Shown: positions 1-15,578, numbered from the whole stretch's first letter. The stretch: 63,869 nt of DNA, filler included, from Octopus bimaculoides (GCF_001194135.2; 5 parts of 5 records of this genome joined end to end with filler, not necessarily neighbours in it), one strand, 5' to 3'. A program made the numbers and translations. The notes: a model not told the origin generated them from the sequence alone.

Positions 1-210
1 CCGCACATGAGCCAGTCCAGGGGCACTGGCAATGATCTCACTCGAAAATCCTACGACAGCCCCGCATAAGAGCCAGTTCAGGGGCACTGGCAATGATCTC
101 GCTCGAAAGATTTCATGTGTTGCCCGCACATGAGCCAGTCCAGGGGCACCGGCAATGATCTCACTCGAAAATCCTACAACGGCCCCGCACAAGAGCCAGT
201 TCAGGGGCGC
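1..210. repeat. ~61-bp tandem repeat (about 3.5 copies, runs off the window start)
   Basis: Unit ccgcacatgagccagtccaggggcactggcaatgatctcactcgaaa recurs at 1, 62, 124 and 185. Confidence 0.9.
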
Positions 211-329
211 ATATATATATATATACATACATATATAGGTCTCTGCCAGGAATTACATGGAGTTTGATTAAATATTTTCATTTAAGCAACAAAATTACCC
301 TGAACAAAAAGATTGTGTGTGAAGAAGTT

Positions 330-585
330 GCCACAAGGCAGCCTTCACAGAGTAATCACAACTTCCTCTCACTCTTACTTCCTGTTTCTGTTGTGCCTGT
401 AATTCAAAGGGTCAACCTTATCACACTGTCACGCTGAATATCCCCGAGAAGTACATTAAGAGTACACATGTCTGTGGAGTACTCAGCCACTTGCACGTTA
501 ATTTCATGAGCAGGCTGTTCTGTTGATCGGATCAACTGGAAGCCTCGACGTCGTAAGCGACGGAGTGCCAACGACGATGCATGCA
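330..585 (+). mobile_element. SINE 3' portion (same family as 30849-31145)
   Basis: Shares gtaattcaaagg...gagaa.tacattaag.gtacac..gtctgtggagtactcagccacttgcacgttaatttca with the copies at 30545-31145 and 26187-26500. Confidence 0.75.
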
Positions 586-1590
586 TATNNNNNNNNNNNN
601 NNNNNNNNNNNNNNNNNNNNNNNNNNNNNNNNNNNNNNNNNNNNNNNNNNNNNNNNNNNNNNNNNNNNNNNNNNNNNNNNNNNNNNNNNNNNNNNNNNNN
701 NNNNNNNNNNNNNNNNNNNNNNNNNNNNNNNNNNNNNNNNNNNNNNNNNNNNNNNNNNNNNNNNNNNNNNNNNNNNNNNNNNNNNNNNNNNNNNNNNNNN
801 NNNNNNNNNNNNNNNNNNNNNNNNNNNNNNNNNNNNNNNNNNNNNNNNNNNNNNNNNNNNNNNNNNNNNNNNNNNNNNNNNNNNNNNNNNNNNNNNNNNN
901 NNNNNNNNNNNNNNNNNNNNNNNNNNNNNNNNNNNNNNNNNNNNNNNNNNNNNNNNNNNNNNNNNNNNNNNNNNNNNNNNNNNNNNNNNNNNNNNNNNNN
1001 NNNNNNNNNNNNNNNNNNNNNNNNNNNNNNNNNNNNNNNNNNNNNNNNNNNNNNNNNNNNNNNNNNNNNNNNNNNNNNNNNNNNNNNNNNNNNNNNNNNN
1101 NNNNNNNNNNNNNNNNNNNNNNNNNNNNNNNNNNNNNNNNNNNNNNNNNNNNNNNNNNNNNNNNNNNNNNNNNNNNNNNNNNNNNNNNNNNNNNNNNNNN
1201 NNNNNNNNNNNNNNNNNNNNNNNNNNNNNNNNNNNNNNNNNNNNNNNNNNNNNNNNNNNNNNNNNNNNNNNNNNNNNNNNNNNNNNAAAGCAAGTAACCT
1301 GTTCTGTTCTGGCCCCTTCTTTCATACTTCAACCCTTCATCTCTTAGCATAAAAGCTGCCTCCTTCTCTACTATAGCACCACTCAGTCAAAAGGGACCTT
1401 AGTCATGAAGGCTGCAGGGCAACCTCACTAATGCTGGTGCATGAAAAAAGCACTCAGTACATGTTGTGAATGGTTTGGCTTTGAGAAGTACATCCAGGCA
1501 TACAAATCATACCAAGGCAAGCATGGCAACGCAATGCATTTCTTCAGAGCAATCTAGGTCATGCCACCCTATAATGCACCCTATATATGC

Positions 1591-1628
<38 letters not shown>

Positions 1629-2318
1629 TACATATACAGTAAACATAAGGATATTTGGGTGGTTACTTCAGTCAGCAATCTTGCAAACACCAGCTACCTG
1701 AATGTATCTTTTGAGTGAGTAGAAATATTAGTTTCGCACAAACTAAAAGTTACCATCAGTCATGCATTATAAAATATCAAACAAAGAATGGTATTTTTAG
1801 TAACACTTATATTCTGTGGTTTACAGCTGTTCCGCAATATATGGGTGACAAATCATATAATGAGTGGATACACATGGAAGAGAACAATGTTTATGCAATG
1901 TTTATTTATTAAAAGACAAATAGTCATCTAGTCAGGACCCTAGTTATAATCTATGTTACATAATCATTGATGTATTCCGTATATTACAACTTATTTGATT
2001 TATCACACATTATCAAAACAGCTGTAAACCATGGGGTAAATATGATACCAACAATTCCATACTTTGCTTATTTTATATGCACCATGCAGAGCCATGTAAA
2101 AGCACCCAGCACACTAAGTAAAGTGGTTGACATGAGGAAGGGCATCCAACCAAAGCAACCACACCAAAACAGACTGGAATCTGGTGCAGCTCCCCAACTT
2201 GCCAGCTCTGGTCAAACTGTTCAACCCATGCCACAGCATGGACAACAGATGTTAAATGATGATGCATATGTGTACATAAGCATGAGTATATACATACATG
2301 AATGTATATATGTATGCA

Positions 2319-2383
<65 letters not shown>

Positions 2384-2512
2384 ATATGCACACACATATA
2401 CACAAATGCATGTGTGTAAACTAACTACACATACACTTTTATAATACACACACATATATATATATAGTATTTATGTCTGTTGTGTGTATATATATATATA
2501 CATATATACATA

Positions 2513-2543
<31 letters not shown>

Positions 2544-2544
2544 T

Positions 2545-3719
2545 CAGAGTGTCCCCAAAAAATGTATACATATATTAAATGATAAAATGCGTTTCATTTA
2601 CAAAAGTTTATAGAATCTATAGTATTTCTCTATGAACTTTTTTTCAAACTGACCATTCTGATTGAGGAACTGCTAATAGCACAAATCAATGGTATCCAAA
2701 ACATCAAGAAGCAGTTCATTTGATATTCATGTTCATTCTCATTCAATGGCTGACCTCAACTCATTGACTGTTGCTTGTTTTGTATTGTACACTATATCTT
2801 TTAAGTATCACCATAAAAAAATTTTTTGAGTGATGCGAGGTCTAGTGATCACTAAGGGTTTTCCACTTGAAACTCTTTGTCCAGTCTATTTGTCTGGCTA
2901 AATCTCATCAAGCTAGGCCCTACATTACTATGGTAATATGGATGTGCCCCGTCTTGCTGGAAATAAAACTCCACATTTTGAAAATTTTCTTGAATTTGTT
3001 GGCATGATAAAATGGCTCGAGTATATTCAATCACTCACAGTACTGTTAAAAATGAATGGTTTAACTTACCAGCTGCTCCTGTGGTGTTCCTCTGTTATAT
3101 GCAGATCCCCAATCAGTGCAACTGTGGTGGTTAATCGATCCATTTAATTTATATGTAGCTTCATCACTCCAAACAATCTTTGTTGCAAAGTGCACATCTT
3201 CTACACATTTTGCCAAGTACCATTTACAAAACTCCATTCTCCAGTCTATATCATCATCATTTAGAGCAACGACTATTCATGGAATGCAACTTTTCCAAGG
3301 AGAGCACTTCAAAATGCAAATGAAGTTTGATTTTGAAATTCCTGTCTCATGACTCACTTGCCATGCAGATTTTCTTGAACTCCATCAATTTATTTCTAGT
3401 ACCCTGTCTTACTTCATGAGGCTCGTCAATATCCACGGTCTTCAAGAAGATTTCTTGTGGAGATTCTGAACTGTTCCATCTGCTTCAAACTTATCTCTAA
3501 TTCAAATTATGGTAAGTCACATAGATGGACCTACTTTAAACTTCCTCCTAAGCAGTCTTTGCACTTCGACTGTGTTTTCAAACTTCCCATAAGGAGAAAT
3601 TTCCTTTGTTCAAATCTCACCTGGCTCCCTTCATTATTTCTAAAAGGCTAAATCTGAAAAGAAATGGAAATTGATTTAACAGATGTTAAAGTAAGCATGC
3701 ATTCTTTTGGGACACTGTG
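2545..3719 (-). mobile_element. Decayed mariner/Tc1-family DNA transposon with both TIRs
   Basis: TIRs cagagtgtccccaaaaaatg (2545) and cattcttttgggacactgtg (~3719). Minus-strand remnants [19 protein letters not shown] and FYFQQDGAHPYYH, with stops and frameshifts. Confidence 0.85.
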
Positions 3720-4642
3720 TGTGTGTGTGTTTGTGTATATAAATTGCATTTCATATTCAAGACTCTGATGAGGCTATAAGGTGTTACTCAGACAATCAAC
3801 TATGAGTCCACTGCATCTTATTGCAGGAACAGCTTTAAGCTAATTTATTCATTAGTCATCTTCACACACATACTTGTCTCTTCTCTTTCCTTGATGGCAT
3901 GTCAGTTCACAGAATTTATTTTGAATCTGTGCTTTGCTTTGAGATCAACATTATTTTTTTTTTTTTTTTTTTGAAGCTGATAAAACAAAGTACTGATTGG
4001 CTGGACTACCAAAAGGTATGTTCCAACTCTTTGCTTTCTGATGGCAGCATTTGCAACAAAACTTGTGCCAAATCAGCAGCTTTTCCTTTGACTAAACATC
4101 AGCGGTATCTAAAGAAGAGACTTAGATACATGGGTAATTGCTAGACTTCTTCAAACAAAATCTTTTCCCAGTCCTGCACATAAATTTACAGATGCATGGT
4201 CTACATGGGTTAATGAAGGCCTCCGAAGTATGAATATTCTATGTAAGATAACAAGGCATCTGGCTGAGCAGATATCTGGCTGAGTCAATGCAGCCACCTC
4301 TACTCAGCTGCTCGATCTGCAAGAAATAGTAGCCAGTATATTACATATATATATCATTATTTAATGTCCTTATTTCCATGCTGATATGGAGTGGACTGTT
4401 TGACAGGAACCAACAAGCCAGAGTTTCTACAGCTGGATGTCGTTCTTAACACCAATAATTTTACAGAGTGTACTGAGTGCTTTTTTCATGGCACCAACAT
4501 CAGTGAGGCTGCCAAGTACCTAGAAAACGATACCTCTTTGATTGAATGGTACATAGTAAAGAAGGATATGATAGTATGATAGATGGACAGGAGCAGGGGG
4601 GTCTTGTTGAAAAGTTGAATACATGGCTTCCCCAACTGGACA

Positions 4643-4694
<52 letters not shown>

Positions 4695-6938
4695 AGAATT
4701 CACAAAAAAAACAACAGGCAAAGACAGGTGGTGTAGAAAACAAATAGATGTATTAGTATAACGCTCGGGAATTGAGAAAGTATTTAACGTTTCGAGTCTA
4801 CGCTCTTCTACAGAAAGGAACACAGAAAGAAACAAGGAGAGAGAAAAATGTGTGTAGTGGTCAGCGATCTACATATATATATATATATATATATATATAC
4901 ATGCGCGCGCACACACACACACACAAGTGACATGTATAGACATTTAATAACTATGTATATAGGTTCTTTATACCTATTTATTTATGTTTATATCTATGTA
5001 GTGAGTGTGTATAATAAAATAAAAGATGCACAGACAGTTGTGAAGGTATCACATCACATATAAATGGTTTGCTACTTTTGCAACTACTGGCTCATCTTTT
5101 ATTTTATTATACCTTCATTAACTCAACCAATACATTATCTCAAGCCAACTCCTATTTGAACTAATTACATATTCCCTTCGTTCAACGTTGGATTTGAGGT
5201 ACTTGGTCTGAACACTTATTGTGTATATCTATTACACACCATTTTCTTTTACATCTTACTTATTTTGTGTGTGTGTGTGTGTGTGTGTGTTCTCTATAGT
5301 GCATACTTATTTTTCTTCTTTATAGTTCAACTAATTTCTTATTGTTCTTATCCATCGTCCTTGTTTGTTGTTGTAAATGTTGTTGTTATCTTCAACTTTT
5401 TTTCTCTTTTCAATCTCAAATGTTGTGTTTCTGTGATACACTTGTGTGATTTTTTCCCCACACATTTCTTTATATTTTTCTGTGATTTTCTGTTTTGTCT
5501 TTTTTTCACTATTGTGTGCAGTGTTTAAAGGGCTTGTCTTTCCATCAGTATTTTCGCCAATATTCCCACCCCAACCCTCAGCTCAAAAAAATATATATTT
5601 TATTAAACTCATTAAGCCCATTCTGAAATAATACAGACATTTCACCACAGTTGCAGTTTCCCACCACCATCACCATGAACTCTCACCAACTTTGTTAGAC
5701 CCCATTTCAAATGTCCCCAGAAGTTAGTAGTCAAGAGGGTTAAAGTTTGGAGGGGAGTGTGAACCAAATCTACCTTATATTTTCAATAATAGATATTGGT
5801 TATTTGCAAATTATTGGCTCTGATGTTCATTTTGTAGTTATCTGGATTTAAAACCCCACTGTCAGCATCTTGAGCTTGCTACTGATTGAGCTGTTACATT
5901 CTACAAACTGTTTATCTTCTTATCCTTTGACTTGTTTCAGTCATTGGACTGCAGCCATTCTCAGGCACTACCTTGAAGGGTACTTATATTGGGAGGTGGG
6001 GGTATTATTATTATCATAATTATTAGTACTTATTTCAAAGTCTGCTACTTATGATATCAGTCCCTTTTGCCAAACTCCCTAAGCTATGGAGACATAAATA
6101 AATCAACACTGGATGCTAAGTGGTGAGGAGATAAACACATATACACACACACACAGAGTTTTAAATTCTTTTCGTGAAGCATCTGCAACCAAGATGCATT
6201 TCATAGTCCTTCACCAGAAATTTTGGTCCTCTTTTAGCATTAGTAGGTCCACAACTTTCCTGTTCTGCATCTATCCTAACAATATCAATGTAAAGTGATC
6301 TTCATCCTCTATTAACCCTTACCGAGTAGGAACTGAGTTCTGTGCATGTGCACTTGAGACAGGGGAACCATTTTTGGTAGTGGAGGTACTTTCTGGAATT
6401 CTCCAAATTTCATATGATGCCCCATATGCACATTTTATTTTCACTGGCTGATAAAACGAGGCTGTGAGAAGTGATTTACATATGATTAGCATGTTACATC
6501 ACCTGCAAAAATTTAATCAGCACAGTGAGAGTTAAGGTGTGAAAGTCTCCAAAATATAACATCTGATATGACCTGTTATTCAACAAATCCTTGCTACCCA
6601 ATCTCTATTTGCAACACAAAGGTACATAACTTTATTAGACATAGCTTCAGGCTTAAGAATAACCAAAAGAGTCTAATCTTTGGTTTTAAAATCTCTGTAG
6701 GTAGTTTTGATTTCCTAATCGTTTTTGTAAATATATTAAGGAGACATCTCTGACTTAAGTTTATGAAAATGCACAGGAAGAAAAAAACAACAATGTTTAT
6801 TTATTCCCTAATATCTTTAATAAAAGTAAGATAATCTGTATTTCATGAACTAAGTTATGATTTCTAGTTAAATCTAGTCAATTGAATGGATTGTAATGAG
6901 ATGTAGAAGATGGTATTGATTTGAAAAAACACTTAATC

Positions 6939-6989
<51 letters not shown>

Positions 6990-7088
6990 AAGAAAATGTG
7001 CGTGTATATGTTTTATATACACATAGTATGTGTATGTATGTATGATATATATATATATATATATATATATAGTGTATGTGTGTATATA

Positions 7089-8122
7089 CACTGTATGTCA
7101 AATTATGAGGCAACTCAGTTTTTTCGCAATAACAGAGTATTTATTTGTTTGAATCCAGATATTTTTCCATTGCATGTACTGTACCAAAATAAATCTGATC
7201 TACCCATACATAAAGAAACAACGTTCATTTTTGTTAATAGGCATCATTTTTTTACCATCCTAAATTATTAGGGAGATCTAACAAAAATGCTAATTATGCA
7301 AAAACAAACATTTATTTAATGCGACAATTTTTAACAACAAATATAATCATAACGGACTTTATAATGAACATAATAATATGTTTGAATGGAAATAATACAA
7401 GAAATATGATGTCATAAAATTCTTAATGATGGATGTATGATCCTCCACATGAGAGAACATCCCTGATGCATTTATCCATTGCATTTGTCAAGGTAACTAT
7501 TTCATCTGGTGTAATACTGTCAGCAGCATCCACAATAGCTTCTCAGAGAGCATCTTTCATTGAAAACTGCCACCCATCTTGATATATCTTCCTCTTCAGA
7601 ACACTCCATAGATCTTCAATCTGGTTTAAGTTGGATGAACACGCTAGCCACTTCATCAAACGGTGTCCAGAGAAGTCTAATTGCTGTTGGTATTCCAGAG
7701 ATTTCTTAGCAGCATGGGAGGGCGCATTATCTGGCATGAATACCAGCATTCTCTTTAATGAAACTTTCTGCTTCTTCAACCATGGCTTAAAATTGTCCGC
7801 CAAAAAGGCAACATAGGCATTAGATCTCATCTTAATTCCGTCTAGAACTTTCCAAGAACCAACCAACTTATCTCCAATGATGCCAGTCCAAACCATAACT
7901 CCGCCTCCCCTTTGTTGGCGTCTCAAACGATGAGGGCGATTTCCGCTCATTGCAACTTATCCTTTACTCCACCCATCTGGTCCGTCTAGGGTAGCATGAC
8001 ATTCGTCGGTAAAAATTAATTTTACTACAGTACGCGCAGGCAGATGTTGCCATCATTCAGTGAAAAAATAATTCAAACTTATTTCGATAAAACAGAGCTG
8101 CCTAATAATTTGACACACAGTG
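7089..8122 (-). mobile_element. Internally deleted Tc1-like transposon with TA target duplication
   Basis: TA|cactgtatgtcaaattatgagg at the left end and cctaataatttgacacacagtg|TA at the right. ORF 7543-7950(-) reads RRQQRGGGVMVWTGIIG...VFMPDNAPSHAAK...WLACSSNLNQIEDLWSVLKRKIY (DDE domain). Confidence 0.9.
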
Positions 8123-9476
8123 TATATGTATGAGTGTATATGTGTGTGCTTGTATCTGTGTATATATTTGTGTAGATTTGTGTGTTTGCAGAACTGTGTT
8201 CAACTTGTAATAGTCATTTGTAAAGAAAATCAAATGTGTTCATGGTATTTTCTAAAAATGTTTTTAAAAAAAAAAAGTAACAGGTAATTATATCTAGTTG
8301 AAACATGACAAAACATACACATGACAAAAAGAAAACAGCTTTCTGTAACCAAAATATTACTGACTCAATTTAGAGAGAAATAACATTTTCCAAATCTCTT
8401 TGAATAATCTCTACAGTACTGTAAGTTATTAAGATTGTCCTGTCCGACACAGTTGACAGTTGCTGTAAAGGACAATGACATTACTTTCAGTGAATTTGTC
8501 AATGTTGAAAGATTCCAGACTCAGAATAATAAACAGCCTGCTTGAGACACCCCTAGCTCTATGATACAAATTCCCTGTTTTGAAGTGGCCTTTCATTAAA
8601 ATTTCATTTTAATTTGTTCCAAGTAGCAGCTTAGCAAAGTTTTTTTTCTTTTAGCTAAATTCTTTATTTTTAAAATTGAATTAAACAAAATAAGCATATT
8701 TTAACAGAAATATGATAACAAAAATTTGTTACCCTATTTCTATTTATCATTTTACAGTTGAAATACACTGTCTTTTTCTTTCAACAAATAATTTTGAAAA
8801 TAATGAAGAATTTGGTGGAATAACTGTGCTGGTTGATGCTGTTAATGTTCTGTATGAACCATTGCAGGACAATATTTGCTAGTTATGTAAACTTATTTTG
8901 TGAATTAAATGAAAACAAAGTTAATACGAAGTAAGACTCTGAAATTTAATGTTAACTTAGAAAAAGAATAAAATATACAAGATATGAAACCACACCAGCA
9001 AAAGTCTGAGAAAATTCACAGCAATATTACCTCTCCATCTATAGTTTGAAACAGGTCAATAAGAAAGAAGGATTAATGAATTTTGGTGAGGAAAGAAGCT
9101 AGTTCTAAAGTGCACTGTTTGAAGTTGATGAAAGGGACAGATGTCCTTTTTTTGTGGTGGAAGTACTTGCAGGTGGTGCAATGCATTAAAAATTGTTTTT
9201 ACTTGTGGTGGTGAGAAAATACCTCCTAGTTGATGCTGCTTGGTACTTTCTTCCAGGTATTGCATGCATTTTTCTTTGCCTTTATCTTCTGCAACAAATG
9301 TCAATAAATTATCTATGGGCTTTGTGACTGAGTCACTAAAGATTTTTGTAGTTCAGTCATTACTTGGGGTTGTGATTGAGCTGCTCATCAGTTTCATGGT
9401 TGAGCCACTTGGTTTTGCAGCTGAGATAACTATTTGTTTTGTGAATGCGCTATTTTTCAATTTTGTGTGTGTGTGT

Positions 9477-9552
<76 letters not shown>

Positions 9553-12142
9553 ACATGTGTAATGTTGATGAGCATCTGGTTTCAAAGAAAATAATGCTTC
9601 ACAGAAAACTTTAGAGAAATGTTTCAAAAGTGCTGGTAACATTTCGCTAAGGTCCAACAACAAAGTCTTTAAGAATAACTACACAATTTGTTTCTTTTTC
9701 TCTCTCTCTCACACACACACACACACATATATATATATAAACAAAAGATAGTGGCACAAGTGATATTTAAATTTTTGAATAGTTTTCTTTCAAAAGAAAT
9801 ATTCAATGTTTTCAGTAGAAAACAACTTTTGTTTCCTCTTCCTGTTTTGTATTCCATCCACTATGTCATTGTTCAGTCTTTGGACAATTCCAGTAGTGTA
9901 TCAGCTTTTCTGGTTCCTAGTCCCTCACTCAATCCTTTCTCTCTTTTCTGAAGAAAGAGATTCTATAAGAAGGTGCTTACAACCCTTCATTAAGAGCAAC
10001 CAATTCTAAAAGGAAGACAGAAAGAAGTATTGACACCCAACCCATCTCAAGTATTTGAAAGGCAATTTATTTTCTTGACCCCAGAAGAATGAAAGGGGAA
10101 GTTGACCTTGCCAAGATCTGAACTTGAGATGCAAAGAACCAGAACAACCAGAACAAATATTTCACGGCACGTCCCAACACACTAACGATATTGACAGCTT
10201 ACCACCAAAAGAAGAGATATTAATGTTGTTTACAGGCCACTTCCAGCTCTCAAGATCCCTTTGTCCCAGTTATCTTACAGTGGATTGGCTCATTTGCCAT
10301 GGCTGGCTAACTTACTAGATTTCTGTTGAAATATACAATCTTTGTTTCAATTAATAAAATATTTATTAAAATAATTTTGTTATTGTTGAGCTGACTTTTG
10401 AAACATAGATTAGTGTAACATTTTGACAGAAGATTTTTTTTCAATCAAAATCACTTTGGATAATAGAATCAGAAGCAGTTTCAGGTTGGCTGCTATTAAA
10501 TAAGCTTAACCAAAATTGAGCATCTATAAACACTGTAATTTTTTTTCCATTTTATTTTTTTATGAGGGATATGATGTGAATTGAAATACTGAACTACAGG
10601 CTATAATATAATTACAGCCATTTAGGTGAACTCAGAAATAGAACACTGAAGCTCGATCAACATTGATCAGGTTCTTATGTTCTATTATGATCAAAGACAG
10701 ATTCCCATTTTCATTTTATAAAGAGATGAATGTCAGAAATTAACATTTACCAGTAAAATTTAATGTACTATTCTGACCATATACATATTTATAGACTTTC
10801 AGTGGGGCAAGAAAACAATCTTGTCCCTAAACAAAATAAATGAGGAAAATAGTGGTGGTGGTGATGATGATGGTGGTGGTGGTGGTGGTGGTGATGATGG
10901 TGGTGGTGGGAAAGGTGGGGGTATTAATAATCTGGTGAGCCTTCAATATATTAAAAAAAACATTTATGTATTAAATCTTGTAGAAATTATGTTTATAACC
11001 TAAAAAAAAATTGTAAACGTTTGTTGTATTATGTACTAAAAAAATGAGATAAAAATAGATAAATATCTATGATATTATTGTATTGCAATGTATAAAAAGA
11101 ATGTAAGTTATAGTATATTGTGTAATAAATATTCAAATTATATGTAATACCTATATATGTAAAATATATATATATATATATATATGCATGAATGAATAGA
11201 AAAAAAAAACTAAACAATTCCTCCAGTCACTAATTGCTTTCAATATTTGATTCTTTTTCAGGAGGCCAACAAATACGGCTCACCAAGAATTACTAAGCAG
11301 ATTTTTAAAGATATCTTTTAGGATGTTTACTTCCTATTCAAACGCTGAACGCTTTCTCACCAAGGCCAAAAAGGAAAACAAAACAAAAAACAATAATAAT
11401 AATTATAATAATAATAATAAAACCAAAAAAAAAATAACGATAATAAAAAGAACTGAACAAAAGAATGCTAAAAGCCTACCGAGGTCACATTGAAGAGAAG
11501 AAAAATGCTGTATACATATCGAACACGTGTTCAAAGTTATTTTATTTATTTAATTTATATATTTTTTCCAAATATTTTTCCCCCTTTTTTTGTGTCATTT
11601 ATTTATAAACATATATATATGTATATATATCTATCTGTCTATATATATATATATATATATATATTTCCTCTCAGAAACGGTCATTAATTTTAGGGTGACC
11701 AACTGCGTTAGTACTTTAGCTTCCACTGCACTTGTAGTACTGTGTAATAACTTTTAGAGCTTTTTCGTGGCGAATAATAGAGATTATTTTAGAAATTGTT
11801 GTCATTTTTTCCGATGCTTATCATTTCAAAGATTCAAAAATGAATGAGTGAAGTGTGTAAATTTGCTGAAGACATTCCAAAGAACACAGGAGGATTACAG
11901 GTGCTTGCAATGCACAATTATCACCTTCATTTGTATAAACATTGCTTCGGTCTACCATTTTAGCCGCTTCTATGAAATAGATGGAATAACAGGCTGGTAG
12001 AGAAATGCATGGGTTGTGCATATTTTAGTACATACACAAAAGAGAAAAAAAAACAAAAAAAAACCACTCTTATGTATATAGACTGGGTGGGTGGCAAAGA
12101 ATATAACTGAATGATAATTAATAAGCAATTAAAACCACAAAG

Positions 12143-12174
<32 letters not shown>

Positions 12175-13160
12175 TGTATGTATATATATGTATGCATGTC
12201 TGAGTAAGTGTGCGTATGTAAGAATACATCCATGTATATAGAGATATATATATACACATATTCATGTGGGTGTATATATAAATACTTGAATATATGCATC
12301 ACTATGTATATATAAATGTGTCTATATGTACATGTATATGCACATGTGTGTGTGTGTGTGTGTGTATGTAAGTATGTGTGTGTACATAACACATTTGCCA
12401 GTATGAATGGTTTTTATTGCACACAATTTAAATTATTTCCTGATTTTTTTTAATGTGAAAAATATAACAAAGGCAAAATTTATACACATGCACACACATG
12501 CAAATGCACGCACATGTTAATGTATAAAATGCACATAGACACACAAACACATGGAAAACACGTATGCACACTCTTGCACAATGCCATATTTGAAGAAAAG
12601 ATGGTAAATACAGTATTCTTTAGAAAAGAAAAATAAGTTCTGAGATTTCTGAATGAAATAAATTCTGTTGTAACAATTAAAAGGAATTAACGAACAGAGA
12701 ACTAGAACTGTTCTAAAGGCTGACATAGAAACAATGCAAACATTTTCACTTCATACATAGATACACACATAGGCACATGTATATATTATGTAGGCAAGCA
12801 TATTAAAGCTGACTTCACATTTTATAAATATATAGACATACATGCAAATATGCATACATGAATACATATATATATGATGTAATGTTTACATTCATGTCTT
12901 TATATTTATACATATGTAAGTAAAAAAATATATATACTATACATACACACTCACATCTATATACATGCATATATATGTCTAATTCACATATATAGTAATC
13001 ATATATATATGCAGAGTCATCTATGTGTGCATATGTGTACACATATACATTTCTATATATGTAAGAGTGTATATATTCATATATATATGCATATATTCTT
13101 CTTATGAGCATATACACATATGTGTGAGTATATATTTATATACATACATACATACATACC

Positions 13161-13191
<31 letters not shown>

Positions 13192-13617
13192 TTAACACGA
13201 TAGTTAATCAGCTTGTAGAAAGATCGGCATAATGTATAGGTTTAGAATTTTTCTGCAGAGTTTAGACAGAATTGGAAAAGTGTGAGGGAGGAGATAGGAG
13301 TAAATATACTAACTAGCCAATATTATCATTAATAACAAAAACAACTGTAGCAATATATATGACAATAGCAAGACTTAAAGAGATAGAAAGAATAAATTTC
13401 ATACATGCTAATTCTCTCACCTACCCACTTAGCAAACTATGTATTTTCATTCAAGGTAGACTTTAAACATATATATATATATATATAAATGTGGGTGGGT
13501 GTGTATAGATGTATATATATGTATATATCTATGTGTGCGTACATGTATATTTACATATATAAAAGTGTGCATGTGTATGTATATAGAAGTGTGTATATGG
13601 ATGTGTGTTTTCAGGTG

Positions 13618-13694
<77 letters not shown>

Positions 13695-13868
13695 GGTGAA
13701 TGTGTGTGCATGTGTGGGTGTATATATATCTTCTATATTTATTATGAATACCATGAATCTTATTTATTGCGTTGAGGAATATTTATGAAATCAGCTCTAT
13801 ATTTTTTCGGTCATATAGAATCCAGAATCATTGTAGACTTGCTTCAGAAGAGGAGGGAATCAGCTTAC

Positions 13869-13942
13869 AAAGTCAAGGAGTGCCAAAGTTTCTTTATGGT
13901 ACCTTCTTCAAAGTACTCTTGAATCAACATATATTCTTTTCT
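13869..13942 (-). other. Candidate 74-nt spliced exon of an unidentified minus-strand transcript
   Basis: Minus strand tctaattttcag|AGAAAAG...GACTTT|gtaagct. One open frame, RKEYMLIQEYFEEGTIKKLWHSLT, not recognised. Confidence 0.3.
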
Positions 13943-15470
13943 CTGAAAATTAGACATACACTACACACCAAATTATGGAACTAGATTTAGTGCATACATG
14001 CTTTATATATATATATATTTATGCATACATATATATATGAAGCATGTATATCTATGTATATAAATATTTTACATTGTATGTATACATCCAAAATGAAAAA
14101 AACTCTGATAGAACTATTTCAAAATTCTTATATATTTATATAATTTGCATTTAAAATTATAGTTATTTTAGGGGGAAAAATATCTACAGATTCTTGCAAT
14201 TTAATCATTAACTAATCCACAGACCAACTTACACAGGTAATTATCTTACAAATATTTAAAAATCTTAATTTTTAAAAATATATATACGCAGAAAAAAATA
14301 GATTGAATCAATGATATGTACAAAGAAAATACAACACATATCTTTAATATTAATTAAAACTTTCACACAACACATATACATGCGCACACACTCATATACA
14401 CATTTACATACACACACATATCTATCTATAAATATATAGAGGTTCAAATAAGTTGACAAAATTTTTTTCAAAGAACAACTACAGAAGAAAGAAAGAAAAT
14501 TTAACTTTAAAAAAAAAAATCACAAAATAAAATTTCAGAAAAAATATTAAAAAAAAAATACTTTAGAAACTTTTTTATTTTTATTTATTATTATTTTTTT
14601 GCAATATATCAAATTTGCCATGTTATCATCGCATTTTTTCTATAAATATATGTAAATAGAAAGAAAAAAAGAAAAGAAAAAGACTGAAAAAAATATCACA
14701 TCTTGTTTTTTTTTTAATTTTTTTCAAATTCCAATTGTATATTTAATAATTAATTTATTTATTTTTAACTAATATTTCGCAAAAAAAAAAACTCAAAAAA
14801 AAAAATCATTAGATATATTGCATTACTAAAAAATATATAAAAACCCACCCTGCAAAAAAGTCAACCAAGTGAGGAATATGTTATAATCTAGAAAATTCTT
14901 TACCTCATTCCCACCGAACATACCACAGTCAGACAATAATAATAATACCCTCCTCCATAAAAATAAATTTCAACAATAATTAGCACTTGCAAAAATAAAT
15001 ATATGTACAAACAATCATATTTATACATACATACATACATACATAGCACATACATGTATCAGCTTCTATATAAGCAGATATCAAAAGAATAATTCAAACT
15101 AAAAGACATTTTTTTTTCTTTTATCCCCAAACCCTTGCAACAAAAAAAAATTGCTTTGCGTTTTGTAACAGGCTTGCAACAGCCATGCAAGAGTCTTAAC
15201 AATGCTGCTCAATAAATAACTAAAAATTAAATTAAAATAAAATATTTACATTAAATTATAAATTAATATATCATTTTTATGAAACCATATACAAAAAAAA
15301 ATTACCAAAAAAAGATTTAAAAAAACAGAAGAGAATCAGAGAAAAAGAAAATAAATGTAATTATAACACAAGAGGAAGTTTTACAATTTTTAAACATAAT
15401 ACTTTCAATTTTACACATTAATTTTAATAGCTTTTGTTCTTGCATATATATATATACACACACATATACA

Positions 15471-15507
<37 letters not shown>

Positions 15508-15578
15508 GTACCTATATATATTTATGCATATATGTATGTAAATGTTTGTATGTATGCACATATGTATCTGTTTGTATG

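Noticed and set aside
504-1350. Long ORFs spanning N runs (also at 24k, 34k, 36-41k, 50k)
   Set aside because: Artefacts of translating gaps.
1836-1912. Possible terminal exon AVPQYMGDKSYNEWIHMEENNVYAMFIY* faintly like the ADAR1 C-terminus (DMGYGNWISKPQEEKNFY)
   Set aside because: It lacks the conserved KP, lies upstream of the ADAR exon (wrong order) and is in a different linker-delimited segment.
3440-3500. ISCGDSELF looked like the ADAR PCGD motif
   Set aside because: It is flanked by stops and is the antisense of the mariner transposase N-terminus.
11250-11321. ILFQEANKYGSPRITKQIF resembles ADAR1 FLYSELMKYNSQTAKDSIF
   Set aside because: It is followed at once by a stop, with no donor and no FHLYIS motif. 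Probably chance.
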